NCBI RefSeq assembly: GCF_004010195.1
Contig: NC_057718.1
Span: 40,316,101 to 40,356,426, forward strand
Length of the DNA stretch: 40,326 nt
Reading direction: 5' to 3'
Source of the DNA: Chiloscyllium plagiosum
Taxonomy: Eukaryota
Shown here: positions 36,152-40,326 of the stretch, one piece after another
Layout of the letters: every line of letters starts with the position of its first letter
How positions within the stretch are numbered: the first letter of the stretch is position 1
Made by a program: the position numbers and the translations under genes
Notes under the pieces: generated by a model
The model's input: only the letters and a program-made list of their open reading frames with translations
Told to the model about the DNA's origin: nothing
Database searches by the model: none

Positions 36152-36404
36152 GAATCGTAGAATCCCTACAGTGCCAAAAGAGCCTGCACTGACCCGCCAG
36201 AGAGCACACTACCCAAACCCTCATTCTGTCCCTGTAATGCCGCATTTACCATGGCCAATCCACTTAACCTGCATGTCTTTGGACTGTAGAAGGAAACCAA
36301 AGCACCTGGTGAAATCCCACACAGACACAGACAATCCATCAAGGCTGAAATCGAACATGGGTCCTTGATACAGTGAGGCAGCAGTGCTAGCCTCTATGCC
36401 ACCA
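36152..36404 (-). mobile_element. HE1-type V-SINE, diverged
   Basis: GAATCGTAGAATCCCTACAG tail..CATGGCCAATCCAC..TCTTTGGACTGT..GTGAGGCAGCAGTGCTA. Confidence 0.75.
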
Positions 36405-37428
36405 TTAAAGTCATTGGGTGTTTCAATTTTGCTGTGTGATGAACTGACATAGTCCAAAATAGAAAAAGGGTGACTAATTCTCTCAACAGGTGGAAAAATA
36501 TTTGGGGTCTGGCCAAAGGAAAAAAATGAGGATGGATTTCACACACTTCAGTCTGAATATTAATCACAGAAAGAGACCTTGCCATCCGACTCGACCATTC
36601 AACTTAATCTCACTTTCCTGCTCTTGGTCATTTGCCTTGCAGGTTATGGCACTTTAGGTACATATCCTAGTACTGTTTAGAGGTAACAGATTTCTGATTT
36701 GAGCAAGCATAGCATAGTTAGGCTGAGGGCCGGAGACCCGGGCAGTATTTCCCACATTGTCAAATTTCAATTCCACGGCATTCAATGTTTGTACCTGAAG
36801 AGTTCCTCGCCTAACAGTCAACCAGACCTGGGCAGGGAGATCTCTGGAGTGTGTCACTCCTATCCACAACTCAGTGGGTCATAGCCTGAGACTGCAGTGG
36901 GCCTGGAGGGGCTTATGTAAGATGGTTGGGAGAAGCTTTCATGCTTCTGCCTTATAAAAGTGTTTATCTTCTCTCTGAAGTTTTTCTCCTTTCCCTTCAA
37001 TTATCTGTTTTCTACTCAAACAATTCAGAAATGTTATTACACACCTCTGGTGCAGGTGGACTTGAACCCAGACCAGGAGTAGGGTCTCTAAGTGTGCTTT
37101 CTCAACTACCTGGTTTACTGGGACGAGTGAAATAGAGGTGGTCTCTGTTAACTCTGCAAAATCGGTTAATTCAAAGGTTTCAAATCTCATTAAAATATTG
37201 AATGGCCAACCTACAGCTAGCGAGCAGATTGGCTGTCCATTCATGTCCTATCATTAACCTGGGCATGGTTGAAGTTTGAGATTTTTAAACTTTTCACATC
37301 TGACCCAAAATTAAACTGCCTGTTTTTGAACGCTAAAATTCATTCACTGTGTCTTGAGTTCTTGGAGGCTGTAAATTTGTCTGGGATAAACTTTCCCCAA
37401 TATTGATATTGTAGTTTTGAAATTGTAG

Positions 37429-37641
<213 letters not shown>

Positions 37642-38854
37642 TGAAAGCAAAGGTTTCTGCATGATGAGAGTTTGTAAAGTGGTGAAATTTGTTAGACTCT
37701 ACTCAGAATTTGGGGTTGCCATTGTTGTAAAATGGAGATCTAAATTATACTGTCCTTTTAATAAATAGTGGTGAAAATATTTTGGTATTTAACTTTATCT
37801 AGTGTTATTAAAACTGAGAATAAACTATAGTTATGAGCCACAGGGAACAATGCATTTATTCCATGACCACTTTACAAAGGAAACTTGGAAAAGAGTATTT
37901 TAAACTCAGTTATGTGTGTGAATTAGCCAGTAAGAATTCTTTTCAAAACAAGAAAGTACTTTTTAAATTCACCATTCCTACAGTCCAGTGTGGATTGTGG
38001 GAGTAAGTTTAAATTGCCCATTTATAGATGAATTGCTTATGACTAAAGTTATAAACTACTTGGAAGAAAATTATGTACAAAGGATTGTGCGATAACACCA
38101 GAATTGAGATTTCCAATATGTATGTGCTGTGATAGCAGATCTCCTGTTGCATTGCTCACAGTGAATTGGAATATGCAGTAATTTGAAAGGAACAATTTTT
38201 TTTTGACATGATGCCTGATGTATTCTGCTGCATTGGCAAAGAAATCTATGTTCCTTTCAAGGGCAAGATGTTGAACTTACGAACTCATTGAAAGGTTAAT
38301 TACTTTGTAGGGAGATTCTCTAGCTAAGATTGAAACCCTGGCTTTGATTGTGACAAGATTAATTATTGTTTGCTGGTCCCAATCAAAATTGCATCAGTGG
38401 TTTTAAACTGAACACAAAAGGATATAATGTTCAGTGCTAGATATGGATTCAATACTATTCAATTGAGTGCAGCTGAATTTTTAAACTTGTACCTTTTTGT
38501 TCTAATAAATATTCATAATCATACCTACATTTAAAAGCCCACAGCTTTAACTTAATAGGATAATGCATTGTTCAATCTATATTTTGATTGTTCTGTCAAT
38601 TTTCAATGATGTTATCAGTCTGACTGAGAATTATACAGTGTGGTCATCCTCAGAGCTAGCTAAATACATGTACACAATTTTGCACCTAATGTACATGATC
38701 TGGAGATGTGTGATGCTATTACTTGGTACCACAAATAAGGAAATGTTGCATTTTCCAGTATTAATGTATCTTACCTTTTATGAGCACAGAATTTACCAAA
38801 ACAATTAAGGAGTACTTATCTAATGTGTTTTATGATAAATTGCTTATTTTACAG

Positions 38855-39028
38855 GTTATAATAATCCCATGTGGGATCACAAACACACTTTCAGAAGAAG
38901 ATAAAAACTCTTTAATAAACAAGTGTAGCCAGTATCTTGCCCGGTTGACCAATGTTGGAATTCGTGCTCGGGCTGACCTGAGGGATAACTACTCACCTGG
39001 CTGGAAGTTCAACCACTGGGAGCTGAAA
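38855..39028 (+). CDS. EPRS1: EPRS1 exon (ProRS anticodon-binding domain); gene continues beyond window
   Basis: acag|GTT ATA...CTG AAA|gtaagt; [58 protein letters not shown]; 174 nt. Confidence 0.96.
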
Positions 39029-39145
39029 GTAAGTACCTATCTTTAATACCTGTATTGAAATGCAAAACCCTCTTCAGTTAGTTTTATTGGCAGAGAGAAA
39101 TTACTGTGCCCATAATGCAATACGGTAAAGGTTATTAATGCTGTG

Positions 39146-39648
39146 TAGAGTCATAGAGATGTACAGCACAGACACAGAACCTTTGGTCTAACCCCTCCAT
39201 GCCGACAAGATATCCCAACTCAATCTAGTCCTACCTACCAGCACCCGGCCCATATCCCTCCAAACTCCTCCTATTCATATACCCATCCAAATTCCTTTTA
39301 AACGTAGCAATCGTACCAGCCTCTCCCACTTCCTCTGATAGTTCATTCCATACACATACCACCTTCTGAGTGAAAAGGTTGCCCCTTAGGTCTCTTTTGT
39401 ATCTTTCCCATCTCACCCTAAACCTATGCCCTCTAGTCCTGAACTCCCTGACCCCAGGGAAAAGACTTTGTCTGTTTATCCTATCCATGCCCCTCATGAT
39501 TTTATAAACCTCTATAAGGTCACCACTCTGCCTCCAGTGCTCCAGGGGAAAACAGCCCAGCCTCTTCAGCCTATCCCTATAGTTCAAATCCTCCAACCCT
39601 GCAATATCCTTGTAAATCTTTTCTGAACCCTTTCAAGTTTCACAACAT
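39146..39648 (-). mobile_element. CR1 LINE 3' end
   Basis: ORF LEHWRQSGDLIEVYKIMRGMDRINRQSLFP...WNELSEEV; AGAGTCATAGAG tail. Confidence 0.9.
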
Positions 39649-39649
39649 T

Positions 39650-40326
39650 AGTATTACAGTGGTGGAAAGGACGATGGATGAGGACTTGCCATCTGAGGTT
39701 AGGAATAGGAAAGGTGAGGTCACCCTATTAGGAGTCTTTTACAGGCCTCCTAATAGTCCTAGAATCATTGAAGAAAGGATAGGGAAGGTGATTCAGGAGA
39801 TGAGTGACAGTAATAGGGTGGTTGGTATGGGGGACTTTAACTTTCCTGATATTGATTGGGAAAGCTACAGCTCAAGTTCGTTAGATGGGTCAGTGTTTGT
39901 TCAATGTGTACAGGAGAGTTTCCTGACACAATATGTAGACAGGCCAACAAGAGGTGAGGCCATACTGGATTTGGTTCTGGGTAACGAACCAGGCCAGGTG
40001 TTAGAATTAAAGGTAGGTGAGCACTTTGGGGATAGTGACCATAATTCGGTGATTTTTACACTCGTGATGGAGAGGGATAAGTGTGTACTACAGGGCAAGA
40101 ATTATAGCTGGGGTAAGGGAAATTATGATGCGGTGAGGCATGACTTAGGATGTGTGGCTTGGAAAAGTAGACTCCAAGGCAAGAGTGTAAATGATATGTG
40201 GAACTTGTCCAAGGGGCAACTATTGAGTGTCCTTGATAATTATGTACCTGTCAGGCAGGGAGAAAAGGGTCGTGCGAGGGAGCCGTGGTTTAATAAGGAA
40301 TTGGAATCCCTTGTTAAAGGGAAGAG
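39650..40326 (+). mobile_element. CR1 ORF2 apurinic endonuclease region, open to the window edge
   Basis: 225 stop-free codons with LGVFYRPP, MGDFNFPDIDW, PTRGEAILDLVL, GDSDHN, EPWFN motifs; missing from the ORF track because it has no stop in the window. Confidence 0.92.

Overview
Eukaryotic genomic DNA, most likely a shark or other elasmobranch, judged from HE1-type V-SINEs, Deu-domain SINE remnants, abundant CR1 LINEs and Penelope-like fragments. The whole window lies inside one + strand gene, EPRS1 (bifunctional glutamyl-prolyl-tRNA synthetase). I traced 15 consecutive GT-AG exons (87..39028; 2469 nt, 823 codons, phases consistent, no internal stop). They encode the GluRS C-terminal region, a linker with three WHEP repeats, and most of the class IIa ProRS domain. 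From memory these correspond to about human exons 14-28; the gene start and end lie outside the window. The introns carry CR1 LINE fragments (some nested or head-to-head), tRNA-derived SINEs, two related Tigger/pogo-like MITEs, and Penelope-like RT and terminal fragments with decayed hammerhead cores. There is a 544-N assembly gap. I see no clearly new biological system. The best leads are the pattern of regulatory residues in the EPRS linker, unusual CR1 insertion structures, the hammerhead remnants, the MITE family and a ~120-bp foldback. All comparisons to human EPRS1 and to repeat consensus sequences are from recall, not from alignments run here.
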